Source: an uncultured Chloroflexia bacterium
GTDB lineage: Bacteria; Chloroflexota; Dehalococcoidia; DSTF01; JALHUB01
Length of the DNA: 64,000 nucleotides
Direction of reading: 5' to 3'
Assembly (NCBI GenBank): GCA_963726245.1
Contig: CAVSBT010000015.1
Location: 32,001-96,000, forward strand
The position numbers were made by a program, and so were the translations under genes. Of the stretch, positions 1-10,524 are shown one piece after another (the first letter of the stretch is position 1; every line of letters starts with the position of its first letter). Under the pieces are notes generated by a model that saw nothing but the letters and a program-made list of their open reading frames with translations, had not been told where the DNA came from and did no database searches.

Positions 1-631
1 CCTGGCCCGCGGCCGCTACCAGTGGGTCGTCTTCACCAGCGCCAACGGCGTCGACATCTTCTTCCAGCGCCTGAGGGAGGCGGGCCGCGACGCCCGCGCC
101 TTCGCCGGGGCCCGCGTCTGCGCCATCGGGCCGGGCACGGCGGCCGCCCTGGCCGCCCACGGGCTGCGGGCCGACCTGGTGCCGGAGGAGTTCGTGGCGG
201 AGTCGGTGGTCGAGGCCCTGGCGCGTCAGAAGGTGGCTGAGAACCGCATCCTGCTGCCCCGCGCCGAGGGCGCCCGTCGCGAGCTGGTGCGCGGCCTGCG
301 CGCCCTGGGCGCCCGCGTCGACGAGCTGCCTCTCTACGTCGCGGCGCCGCCCGGCGCGCCGGAGCCGGAGGCCCTGCGCCGGCTGCGGGCCGGCGAGGTG
401 GACGTCGTCACCTTCGCCAGCTCGTCGGCGGTCAAGAACCTGGTCAAGCTGCTGGGAGGCGACACGGCGCCCCTGAAGGGCCCCCTCATCGCCTGCATCG
501 GGCCCGTCACGGCGCGCACGGCGCGAGAGGCCGGGCTGGAGGTGGGCGTGGAGTCGAAGGAGCACACCATCCCGGGGCTGGTGCGGGCGCTGGTAGAGCA
601 CTTCTCACCTGCCGGCGACGCAAGACCGTGA
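1..631 (+). CDS. hemD: Uroporphyrinogen-III synthase (HemD domain, possibly the C-terminus of a CobA/HemD fusion), 5' truncated by the window
   Basis: Frame from nt 2 reads YQWVVFTSANGV...CAIGPGTA...ILLPRAEGAR...VVTFASSSAVKN...IACIGPVTA, all HemD motifs. Confidence 0.9.
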   Translation, partial: LARGRYQWVVFTSANGVDIFFQRLREAGRDARAFAGARVCAIGPGTAAALAAHGLRADLVPEEFVAESVVEALARQKVAENRILLPRAEGARRELVRGLRALGARVDELPLYVAAPPGAPEPEALRRLRAGEVDVVTFASSSAVKNLVKLLGGDTAPLKGPLIACIGPVTARTAREAGLEVGVESKEHTIPGLVRALVEHFSPAGDARP

Positions 632-1255
632 CCGAGCTGCGGACGGTTCAGCGCCTCTATGGCCTCGTGGCCCGCATCTACGACCTGCGCGTCGGCCCAT
701 TGCTGCGCCGGCGCAAGACCGCACTCGAGGCCCTGCGCCCTCGACCGGGGGACACGGTGCTGGACCTGGCCTGCGGCACGGGCCTGAACTTCCGCCACAT
801 CATCGAGCGCATCGGCCCCGAGGGCAGGATCGTCGGGGTGGACTGCACGCGCGCGCATGCTGAAGCAGGCCCGGCGCAAGCTCGCCCGCCATCGCTGGGA
901 CGGCGTGACGCTGGTGGAGGGGGATGCCACCCGCCTGCCCCTGGCCAGCGACTCCTGCGACGCCGTCCTCTGCTCCTACGCCATGGCGATCATCCCCGAC
1001 TACCGGCGGGCGATAGCGGAGGCGGCGCGCGTCCTCAAGCCCGGCGGGCGGCTGGTGCTGCTGGAGCCCAAGCGCGGCACCGCGCTGTGGGCCAGGGCCG
1101 TGACCCCGCTGGTGGCCTTGTCCGGTGTCGGCGTGGTCCACCTGGACCGGAGGGCCTGGGAGGAGCTGCCCGGCCTGCTGGAGGACGTTTCCCGTCGTGA
1201 CTACCTGGGTGGGTTGGTGTACATTGCGAGCGGCACGAAGGGGAAGGCGCCGTGA
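628..1255 (+). CDS. Class I SAM-dependent methyltransferase (UbiE/PmtA-like), frameshift near 850
   Basis: VLDLACGTG motif I in ORF 628..1200 joins EGDATRLPL...RVLKPGGRLVLLE in ORF 857..1255. Confidence 0.85.
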
Positions 1256-1381
1256 AGCCCGGGGCACCGCCGACTCGCGGCTGCTGCACGGCTGGCATAT
1301 CAAGGAGCGGTCCCGCCGGCTTTTCAATGTGGCTCCAGTGTCCGCGCGTCGCTTTCTTCGCGTTCTCATACCCACTCCGCA

Positions 1382-2192
1382 TTAATCCTGCCGTATGCCA
1401 TCGATCTCAGCACGCTTGCACACCGTGTAATAGCCTCGCACGGTCCAAGGGCGCTTTGTGGCGACGTGACGGGCGAGGTCATTGAGTCGGTCCAAGAGAG
1501 CGAAGTGAGCTGAGACTTCGAGAACCCCAACCGTCTAGGACCAACGTCAGACCGGACTGCAGTGGCCTCGTCAACATCCGGTTCTCGTCGAGCGATCAGG
1601 ATCGCTCCGATAGTAGGCTGCTACCGGCTGTCTAATCTAGAACTGACCCGTCCTTCGCCTCTAGAGTGACATGCGGATAGGGCTCATCGTCGCCCAAGTC
1701 AAGTGACAACTGTCCGAATCTCCAATGAGTTCTTCGCACAGGCAACAGTGAATCGATGGGCAGCGACTCCAACTCGAGACCTAGAAATCGTCGGAATGTC
1801 GTCGGGTTGCGGGGCAAGTCGGATCGCCCAGTTATGGATGTCTTGAGCGTCCGAATAATATAGCTGCCAATCTGGTAGTTACTGTAAGTGAATGCTGAGC
1901 AGGGTGCTCAGCGTCCCGTACAGTCTCTGTATTCCATCCGTGAGGAACCGTTGCGAAGCGTGTTGCGACTGTTGCTGGATTGGCTGAATATCCAGAGACC
2001 CAGAAGAACTGGCGACCACGGGACCTGCGAAGGTGGCTGACCGCAATCCACAACTGGCGCGTCGACTCCCAGAATTATGACGGAGAAGCGTCCATAGTGA
2101 CCTCTACTGATTCCTGCTGCCAAGGTGGCCGTTCCCGTCGCCAGACCCACCGAGGCATCGACGTTTGGCACTGTGCGCGTGCGTTCGCTCAC
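1382..2192 (-). pseudogene. Low-GC hypothetical gene, fragmented (errors or decay)
   Basis: Lower GC than flanks; TGcTACAAT -10 just before GTG at 2192; protein-like fragments in several frames ending ...RGYYTVCKRAEIDGIRQD* near 1382. Confidence 0.3.
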
Positions 2193-2409
2193 GGCCCGAT
2201 TGTAGCATCTGGCGCCAAACTAGTCGAGCATGAGGTGACAGTCCAGAAGGGACCGTTGACGAGGGTAGAGCCCGGCCATCTGTGCGTGGTCCTCCACTCC
2301 TCGTTCCCACAAAGCCGCCCTTCCCGCCGAGTCGGCCCGACGGTTATAATCGCAGACCGTGGGTGCGGAGGCGCACTCACGTACAGTAGCTCGTGCCCTT
2401 GCGACTGTG

Positions 2410-3730
2410 ATGAAGATCCTCGCCCTCAACTGCGGCAGCTCGACACTCAAGTTCCGGCTCATCGAGATCGATCCGGAGGCTGCGGCCCCTGCGCACGGGC
2501 GGCGGCTGGCCGGCGGAATCGTGGAGCGCATCGGGGAGCAGGCAGCCGTCGACTTCGCCGTCGAGGGCGGCGAACGCCTCCAGCGGACGGCCGCCGTGGC
2601 CGACCACGGCGAGGCGACCCGCCACGTGCTCGACTGGCTGGCCTCCACCGGGCTCTCGACGCCCCGATGCCGTCGGCCACCGCGTGGTGCACGGCGGCGA
2701 CCTGTTCGCCGAGCCGGCGCTCATCGACGACGAGGTCCTGGCCGCCGTCGAGGCGCTGACCGACCTGGCCCCGCTGCACAACGCTCCCTCTCTGAGCGCG
2801 ATTCGGGCCGCGCGGGCGGCGCTGGGCCCCGGCGTCCCCATGGTGGCAACCTTCGACACCGCCTTTCATCGCACCCTCCCCGAGCACGCCTCGCGCTACG
2901 CCATCCCCCTGGAGCTGGCGGACAAGCACCACATCCGCCGCTACGGCTTCCACGGCCTGGCTCACCGCTACATGACCGAGCGCTACGCCGCCATCACCTC
3001 GACGCCCCTGGAGCAGGTGAAGCTGGTGACGCTGCAACTGGGCAACGGCTGCTCGGCCACGGCCGTCGAGGGCGGGCGTTCCGTCGACACGTCCATGGGC
3101 TTCACGCCGCTGGAAGGGCTGGTCATGGGCACCCGCTCCGGAGACGTCGACCCCTCGCTGGCGGGCTTTCTCGCCCGGAGGGAGGCGGTGGACATAACGG
3201 AAGTGGAGGGCTGGCTCAACACGCGGTCGGGGCTCCTGGGGGTGTCGGGGCGCTCCGCGGACATGCGCGAGCTCCTCGAGGCCGAGGCCCAGGGCGACGC
3301 GCGCGCCGCCCTGGCGGTGGCGATGTTCTGCTATCGGGTGCGCAAGTACGTCGGGGCCTACCTGGCTGCCTTGGGCGGAGCGAACGCCGTGGTCTTCGGC
3401 GGCGGCATCGGCGAGAACGCGCCTCCGGTGCGTGCCCGAGTCTGCGCTAACATGGAGTGGTGCGGCCTCACGCTGGACGAGGAGCGCAACGCCCGGACCA
3501 TCGGCTCCGAGGGCCGGATCAGCGCCGGCGATTCCAGGGTTCACGCCTACGTGATCCCGGTGGACGAGGAGGGCGTCATCGCCCAGGATACGGTTCGCTG
3601 CCTGCGCGAGCGGCAGGCCGTGGACCGAGTGGGCGCAGTTCGCGTCCACGCGCGTCAGGGGCGCAGCGAACTGGCTGTCGCCCCTAGCCAAACTGCAACG
3701 TCAGGGGGAAGAGATGCCTCAAAGCGATAA
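2410..3730 (+). CDS. ackA: Acetate kinase, frameshift near 2665
   Basis: MKILALNCGSSTLKF, GHRVVHGG, LAPLHN, FDTAFH, RRYGFHGLAH, DTSMGFTPLEGLVMGTRSGD, FGGGIGEN; TATAAT at 2345-2350. Confidence 0.95.
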
Positions 3731-6186
3731 CGCCGAAGCCATCCGGACGGAGGAATCGGTAGCTCTCTACAGGAAGAAGAACCCGGAGGCGGAGCGCTGG
3801 GCGGTCGGCTACGGGCCCATCCACCACACGGTGGAGACCCAGGCCCGCGTCTTCGCGATGGCGGAGCTGCTGGCGGCCCGCGGGGTGCGGGGAGACGGCG
3901 TGCCACTCTTCGACGCGCTCTACGCGGCGGACCGCGTCGCCAGCGCCGGCATGTGGCTGGTGGTCCACGAGACCTACGCCCACACCGTCTACCTGGACGG
4001 GCGCAACCTCTCGCCCGATGACTTCAAGCCGAACCCGGAGGGACACACGGGCGGCGCCCTCAACATGGTGCCCGCCTACACCGGCTACATGGTCATCGAC
4101 GCCCTCACCGGCCAGACCCGCTCCTGGGTCATGGGCCAGGGCCACACCGTGGCGGCCATCGACTCCGTCAACCTGCTGCTGGACAACATGACCGATGCCC
4201 ACGCCGCCAGGTACTCGCTGTCCGACGAAGGGCTCACCCGCTACGTGCGGGACTTCTACTCCTACCGGCTGCGGCCCGACGGCACTCAGGACTCGCCGCT
4301 GGGCAGCCACGTCAACGCTCATACGGCCGGGGGCCTGGTCGAGGGCGGCTACCTCGGGTTTACCGAGCTCCAGTACGTGCACATGCCCCTGCCGGGCGAG
4401 CGGCTGGTCGTCTTCCTCAGCGACGGCGCCTTCGAGGAGCAGCGGGGGAGCGACTGGGCGCCTCGCTGGTGGCGGGCCGAAGACTGCGGCCTGGTGGCGC
4501 CGATCATGATCAACAACGGCCGCCGCATCGACCAGCGGACGACGATGTCGCAGGAGGGCGGGGTGTCCTGGTTTGTCAAACACCTGGCGCTCAACGGCTT
4601 CGACCCCTTCGTGTTCGATGGCAGGGACCCGGCGGCCTTCGCCTGGGCGATCTTCGAGATGGAGTGCCGGCTCGAGGCCGCCGCCGCGGCCGTGCGCTCG
4701 GGGGCCGACCGCTATCCTCTGGCGCTGCCCTACGGCATAGCCGTCGCGCCCAAGGGGGCCGGCTTCTACGGCGAAGGGACCAACCTGGCCCACAATCTGC
4801 CCCTGGGGTCGAACCCCCACACCGACCTCGTGGCGGCCGAGCGTTTCAACGAGGGCGCCCGCCGTCTTTGGGTGCCCCTGGCAGAGCTGAAGGATGCCAT
4901 CGGCAAGTTGCGCCATCACGAGGACTCCGCCCGGCCGCGGGAGCGAGACCATCCGCTGGCTCGCAGGGACGTGCGCCTGCAGGAGGCGCCGCCGCCCGCG
5001 TTCCGACCGGTGCCCGATGGCCGGCGCGACCCTTCTACCTGGACCACGGCATCGCCGATGGCGGCCGTCGATCAGGGGTTCCTCGCGGTGGTGCAGGCCA
5101 ACCCGCACCTCCGGCCGCGGGTGGGCAACCCCGATGAGATGCGCTCCAACCGGATGCTGCGCACCCTCGACGCCCTCAAGTTCCGCGTGACCGACCCGGA
5201 GCCCAGCGTCCCGGAGGCGATCGACGGCGCCGTGATCACGGCCCTCAACGAGGAGGCCGTGGCCTCGGCTGCCCTGGCGAACAAGGGCGGCATCAACATC
5301 ATCGTTACCTACGAGGCGTTTGGCGCCAAGATGCACGGCGTGGTGCGCCAGGAGATCATCTTCGCCAACCACCAGCGGGCGGCGGGATGCGAGCCTGGTT
5401 GGCTCTCCGTCCCCCTGGTGCTCACCTCCCATGTCTGGGAGAATGCCAAGAATGAGCAGTCTCACCAGGACCCGGCCATGGCCGAGGCGATGATGGCGGA
5501 GCCGTCGAACGTCTCCAGGGTGCTGTTCGTCGCCGACTACAACACCGCCTCCGCCGCCATTCACGGCGTCTACCAGACGCAGGGCCAGGTCTGGACGCTG
5601 GTGGTGCCGAAAGCCGACATCGTGCCCGATCTCTTCACCCCTGACGAGTCGGGCCGTCTCCTGGAACAGGGCGCCCTGCGACTGGACTGGGCGGGCTACG
5701 AAGCGCCCCGGCAGCGGGTCGTGCTGACTGCCATCGGGGCCTATCAACTGCTGGAGGTCCTGCGGGCCTCGCGCAGACTGGCCGAGAAGGAAGTCCCTCA
5801 CTCCGTGGTCTACATGCTGGAGCCGGGGCGGTTCCGCGCCCCTCGCAGCGACGGCGAGCGGGCCCACGCAGCGCCCGCCGCCCTCTCGGCTGAGCTCTAC
5901 CCGGAGTCCGTCGCCGGCCCGCGTGTTCGTGACCCACACCCGGCCGGCGCCTCTCTTGGGTGCGCTTCAACCGCTCAACACGGGCCGTCAGACGTCCGCC
6001 CTGGGCTTCGTGAATCAGGGCGGCACCCTGACGACCGCCGGCCTGCTCTTCGTCAACCGATGCACCTGGGCCCACGTGCTGTCGGAGGTCGCGCGGGTCC
6101 TCGGTCTGTCCCGGGAGGACCTCCTTAGCCCGCAGGAGCTCATGGCGCTGGACGGCAAGGTGTCGCCAGAGGGAGTGATCATCTAG
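3714..6186 (+). CDS. Phosphoketolase-like ThDP enzyme (XFP family; often labelled xylulose 5-phosphate 3-epimerase), frameshift near 5920
   Basis: EGHTGG, GQGH, SHVNAHTAGGLVEGGYLG, SDGAFEE...INNG ThDP motif, NPDEMRSNR, ALNEEA, TYEAF, NEQSHQDP; C-terminus in ORF 5923..6186. Confidence 0.8.
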
Positions 6187-6281
6187 GCCGGCGCGGGCCT
6201 TGTCGCTTCGGCCGTCCTGTTGGGCGCCCGATACTTGAGTACGAATCGAGAAGGAAGCAGAGAGATCGATAGGGAGTAGAC

Positions 6282-8000
6282 ATGGTCACGCCCGAGCCTG
6301 AGACACGAGTTCAGCCGCCTGCGGTCGCCTATTTCTCCATGGAGGTTGGGCTTGACCCGGCCATGCCCACGTACAGCGGTGGCCTGGGCGTGGTGGCCGG
6401 GGATACCTTGCGTGCCGCCGCCGATCTGGGGGTGCCCATGGCAGGCGTCACGCTCCTGCACCACAAGGGCTACTTCGACCAGCACCTGGATGCCAAAGGG
6501 AACCAGACCGAGAGCCCCTCCGTCTGGTCTCCGGAGGCGTTCCTAGAACCTCTAACGCCCCGCGTGTCCGTGACCATCGAGGGACGGCGGGTGCAGGTGC
6601 GGGCGTGGCGCTACCTTGTGCAGGGGGTTTCCGGTCACTCCGTGCCCGTGTACTTCCTGGATACCGCCCTGCCGGAGAACGACCCCTGGGATCAGACTCT
6701 CACTGACCAGCTCTACGGCGGGGACGAGCGCTATCGCCTCTGTCAGGAGACCGTGCTGGGTTTGGGTGGCGTCGCCATGTTGCGCGCCTTGAGGCACAAA
6801 GGAGTGCAGCTCTACCACATGAACGAAGGCCACTCTGCTCTGCTCGTCCTGGCCCTCCTGGAAGAGGAGACTGCAAAGCGTGGTGTCGCCGATATCACGG
6901 AGGCAGACAAGCAGGCCGTCCGCAAGCGATGCGTATTCACCACCCACACCCCTGTGCCTGCCGGCCAGGACCAGTTCTCCCCCGATCTGGTCCGGCAGGT
7001 GCTGGGCGAGAAATGGGTGACCGTCCTCCACGCGGCCGGGTGCTGCCCAAGCGGCGTCCTGAACATGATCTACCTGGGGCTTTTCTTCTCCCACTACATC
7101 AACGGGGTCTCCATGCGTCACGAGGAGATCTCACACAACATGTTTCCGGGCTACCCTATCGACTCCATTACGAACGGCGTGCACGGCGTGACTTGGACAG
7201 CGCCGGCTTTTCAGAGCCTCTACGACCGCCTTATCCCCGAGTGGCGCGCCGACAATCTGTACCTGCGTTACGCTGTGGGCATTCCGCTTGATGAGATCCA
7301 GGAGGCCCACGCTCAGAGCAAGCGGGAGCTGCTGGCAGAGGTGGAAAGGCGGACCGGTGTCCATCTGCAACCGGCGGCGATGACCCTCGGCTTTGCGCGG
7401 CGCGCCAGCGCCTACAAACGGGCCGACCTGCTGATCTCCGACATCGACCGTCTGAAGAGGATCGCAGCTCAGGTCGGCCCCTTGCAGGTCATCTACGGGG
7501 GCAAGAGCCATCCCCGTGACGAAAGCGGCAAGGCCATGATCCGGCGCGTCTTCGAAGCTGCCGCTGCCCTGGGGGACGCTTTGCCTGTCGTCTACCTGGA
7601 GGACTATGACATGGAGCTGGCCAGGTGTCTTTGCGCCGGCGTGGACCTGTGGCTGAATACGCCGCTGAAGCCGCAGGAGGCCTCCGGGACCAGCGGCATG
7701 AAGGCCGCCCTGAACGGGGTGCCAAGCTTGAGCGTCTTGGACGGCTGGTGGATTGAGGGGCACGCGGAAGGTGCGACCGGCTGGGCCATCGGCGATGATT
7801 CGGAACCCGAAAGCGATCATTCCGGGGAGATCGCCTCCCTCTACGACAAGCTGGAGTACGTGATCCTCCCCATGTTCTACGGACGGTCGACGGCGTATGC
7901 TGCGGTCATGCGCTCCACCATTGCCCTCAACGCCTCCTTTTTCAACGCGCAGCGCATGATGCTCCAGTATCTTACCAACGCCTATCAGATGCCCGGGTAG
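6282..8000 (+). CDS. glgP: Alpha-glucan (glycogen) phosphorylase, short form
   Basis: AYFSMEVG, YSGGLGVVAGD, HMNEGH, FTTHTPVPAG, ITNGVH, GFARR..YKR, PLP-lysine motif EASGTSGMKAALNG. Confidence 0.93.
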   Translation: MVTPEPETRVQPPAVAYFSMEVGLDPAMPTYSGGLGVVAGDTLRAAADLGVPMAGVTLLHHKGYFDQHLDAKGNQTESPSVWSPEAFLEPLTPRVSVTIEGRRVQVRAWRYLVQGVSGHSVPVYFLDTALPENDPWDQTLTDQLYGGDERYRLCQETVLGLGGVAMLRALRHKGVQLYHMNEGHSALLVLALLEEETAKRGVADITEADKQAVRKRCVFTTHTPVPAGQDQFSPDLVRQVLGEKWVTVLHAAGCCPSGVLNMIYLGLFFSHYINGVSMRHEEISHNMFPGYPIDSITNGVHGVTWTAPAFQSLYDRLIPEWRADNLYLRYAVGIPLDEIQEAHAQSKRELLAEVERRTGVHLQPAAMTLGFARRASAYKRADLLISDIDRLKRIAAQVGPLQVIYGGKSHPRDESGKAMIRRVFEAAAALGDALPVVYLEDYDMELARCLCAGVDLWLNTPLKPQEASGTSGMKAALNGVPSLSVLDGWWIEGHAEGATGWAIGDDSEPESDHSGEIASLYDKLEYVILPMFYGRSTAYAAVMRSTIALNASFFNAQRMMLQYLTNAYQMPG

Positions 8001-8024
8001 GGGGCGTGCGCGAGGCGGCCCCTA
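7997..8024. repeat. Degenerate GTAG-type REP palindrome supplying the glgP stop codon
   Basis: gtagggggcg...cggccccta resembles the cleaner copies at 10671 and 59421. Confidence 0.45.
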
Positions 8025-8185
8025 TGCACGGCGCCAGTCGCGTGGCCGAGACCGCCAGTCAGCGGGGCATAGACCAGGGCTCGGGACCAACGCCGTCTCC
8101 TCGCTGAGTGCGGCCCCCGTGAAGAGAAGTGCGCTATAATGCTCGCGGAGCGCGCGGTGCAAGCGCGCGGGAGAAGGTGACGGCG

Positions 8186-9178
8186 ATGGTCCAGGCGGAG
8201 CGCGACACGGAACGGAAAGTCATCTCCATCCTCAAGATCCTCTCCGAGTCCTCGGAGCCCCTCGGATCGACCACCATCGCCCGCGAGCTGGAAACCCACG
8301 GCGTCTACCTCAGCGAGCGCACCGTCCGCTACCACCTGAGGATCACGGACGAACGGGGTTTCACCCGCGCCGCGGGCCGCGACGGTCGTGCCATCACTTC
8401 TGAGGGGATGGAGGAGTTGAAGAACGCCCTGGCTCCCGAGCAGGTCGGCTTTGTCATCGAGCGCCTCAACCTGCTGGCCTACCAAACCACCTTCGACCCT
8501 CGTACACGCACCGGCCAGGTGCCCATCAACACGTCCCTCTTCCCCGTCGCCCGCTTTCGCGAGGCGATGGAGGCGATGAAGGAGGCCTTCGCGGCCGGTT
8601 TCTGCGTCTCGGACCGCGTGGCTCTGGCGCAGGCCGGCGAGAAGCTGGGCGACGTGGTCATCCCCGAAGGGCAGGTGGGCTTCGCGACCATGTGCAGCGC
8701 CGTCATCAACGGCGTGCTGCTCAAGTCGGGCGTGCCTGTGGACTCCAAGTTCGGCGGACTCATGGAGATGCGGAACGGCAAGCCCCGACGCTTCGTAGCC
8801 ATCATCAACTACGCCGGCACGTCCTTGGACCCGTCCGAAGCCTACATCCGGGCTCGGATGACCACTGTGCGGCGGGCGGCCGCCACCGGCGCCGGGCGCA
8901 TCCTCGCCAACTTCCGCGAGATGCCGGCGCCTGCGCGGCCCGTGGTCGAGACCATCGTCGCCGATCTGAAGCGATCCGGCATCAGTGGGGTCCTCCTCAT
9001 GGGCGAGGCCAGCGAACCGCTCAGCCAGATGCCTGTTGGGCTGAACAAGATCGGGATGGTGCTGCTGGGCGGGCTAAACCCGGTGGCCGCCGCCGAGGAA
9101 GCGGGCATCGAGGCGGACAGCATCTCCGAGAGCGGGACCATCGACTTCCGCCAGCTCGTGAGCTACCAGGAGCTGTAG
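8186..9178 (+). CDS. nrpR: NrpR-family nitrogen regulator (wHTH + single NRD/DUF128 domain)
   Basis: ILKILSESSEPLGS..IAREL...SERTVRYHL HTH; TFDP..TG.VPINTS, GFATMCSAVINGVLLKSGVP, GTSLDPSE, GGLNPVAAAEEAGI; TATAAT at 8135-8140. Confidence 0.85.
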   Translation: MVQAERDTERKVISILKILSESSEPLGSTTIARELETHGVYLSERTVRYHLRITDERGFTRAAGRDGRAITSEGMEELKNALAPEQVGFVIERLNLLAYQTTFDPRTRTGQVPINTSLFPVARFREAMEAMKEAFAAGFCVSDRVALAQAGEKLGDVVIPEGQVGFATMCSAVINGVLLKSGVPVDSKFGGLMEMRNGKPRRFVAIINYAGTSLDPSEAYIRARMTTVRRAAATGAGRILANFREMPAPARPVVETIVADLKRSGISGVLLMGEASEPLSQMPVGLNKIGMVLLGGLNPVAAAEEAGIEADSISESGTIDFRQLVSYQEL

Positions 9179-9302
9179 CCCTCAGGCCGGCCGCGCTCCC
9201 TGGCCCGCACACATCGATAGACCCCCGGTCGCACCGCTGGCACCGCCATCTGCCGCCCTCCAAGCGGACCGCCCACTACCGTCCACGTCTTCCGTCAATC
9301 AA

Positions 9303-9354
9303 CCACAAAATATAGTGCCAGCCCTCTTGACAGATACTAGATGTAGTGTACACT
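9303..9354 (+). promoter_or_regulatory. Sigma70 promoter overlapped by tandem NrdR boxes
   Basis: ccacaaaatatagtgc (9303-9318) and atactagatgtagtgt (9334-9349), 31 bp apart, fit acaCwAtATaTwGtgt; TTGACA 9327-9332, TACACT 9349-9354. Confidence 0.85.
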
Positions 9355-9418
9355 AGCCGGTGCGGCTAGTGTACACCGGCCGTTGCAGCCATAGGTGTTA
9401 CGGCGAGCCAGGAAGAAC

Positions 9419-10063
9419 ATGCGCTGCCCTTACTGCGGATTTGAGGACACCAAGGTCATCGACTCCCGCGACAGCGAGGAGGGCATCCGGCGCCGCCGCG
9501 AGTGCCTGTCCTGCGCCGAGCGCTTCACCACCTTCGAGCGCGTCCAGACCGTCGGCCTCCAGGTGGTGAAGAAGGACGGGCGCCGCGAGGACTTCTCCCG
9601 CGAGAAGCTCCTCCTGGGCATCCGCCGCGCCTGCGAGAAACGGCCCCTGCCCGTCGGCGCCATCGAGGCCGTGGTGGACGACATTGAGGCCACTCTCCAG
9701 GGTCAGGGCAAGGCCGAAGCCCCGAGCAGCCTGATCGGCGAGCTGGTCATGGACCACCTGCGGGACCTGGACCACATCGCCTACATCCGCTTTGCCAGCG
9801 TCTACCGCGCCTTCGCTGACGTCGACTCGCTGCGGGAGGAGCTGGAGAGCCTCTCCGGGGTGAGCCCGCGGGAGGCGACTCGACTGGCCGGCCAGCTCAC
9901 ACTGATCCCGGACGAGGTCCTTAGCCAGCTCGAGCCATCCCTACGCCCCGCCCCCAGGCGCGGCCGGCCGGGACGAAAACCCCTGGTCCGGCCGCGCCCC
10001 GATCTTATCTCGCCGGGATCAATGTCGACCGTCGAGCGGAAGGACCGCCGGGCGTCGTCGTAG
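9419..10063 (+). CDS. nrdR: Transcriptional repressor NrdR with C-terminal extension
   Basis: MRCPYCG..DTKVIDSR...IRRRRECLSC..RFTTFE zinc ribbon, ATP cone VVKKDGRRE, IAYIRFASVYR. Confidence 0.96.
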   Translation: MRCPYCGFEDTKVIDSRDSEEGIRRRRECLSCAERFTTFERVQTVGLQVVKKDGRREDFSREKLLLGIRRACEKRPLPVGAIEAVVDDIEATLQGQGKAEAPSSLIGELVMDHLRDLDHIAYIRFASVYRAFADVDSLREELESLSGVSPREATRLAGQLTLIPDEVLSQLEPSLRPAPRRGRPGRKPLVRPRPDLISPGSMSTVERKDRRASS

Positions 10064-10104
10064 GGAGGCGAAGACCCGTTAGGGTCGGCGAAAAGGAGGT
10101 CGCG

Positions 10105-10509
10105 TTGCGCCAGCGGGGGAAGCTCTACAACGGGGACGGCGAGATGATCGCCGAGGGCTTCTGCGAGCTCGGCGAGGAGGGCTCGCAGGTCACCATGTGG
10201 CCCGCCCTGGAGAAAGGCCTCTTCGAGCGGGAGCGCGGGGTCTTGATATTGGAGCTCGAGGGTAGCGCCGCCCCCCTGCGCATCTCCGAGCGGCGCCTCC
10301 GGCTCAGGATCAACCCGACTCACGGCCCCCGCACCTTCATCTACCGCATGCGCATCGAGCAACCGCCTGCCGGCGACGTAACGCCCCCGGCCAGCGGAGA
10401 GGCCGAGGCTGTGCCTGAGCACCTCCTCCGCGCCGGCCCGCCTGCCGGCCAGCCGGACACGGGCGCCGGACAGGCAGCTTCGCCGGGAGGCCTATCGACA
10501 GCCCCCTAG
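10105..10509 (+). CDS. Hypothetical protein (beta-rich ~85 aa domain + Pro/Ala tail)
   Basis: AAGGAGGT RBS before TTG; genome-like codon usage; lies between nrdR and nrdJ. Confidence 0.7.
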   Translation: MRQRGKLYNGDGEMIAEGFCELGEEGSQVTMWPALEKGLFERERGVLILELEGSAAPLRISERRLRLRINPTHGPRTFIYRMRIEQPPAGDVTPPASGEAEAVPEHLLRAGPPAGQPDTGAGQAASPGGLSTAP

Positions 10510-10524
10510 TTAGAGGGAAACGCT

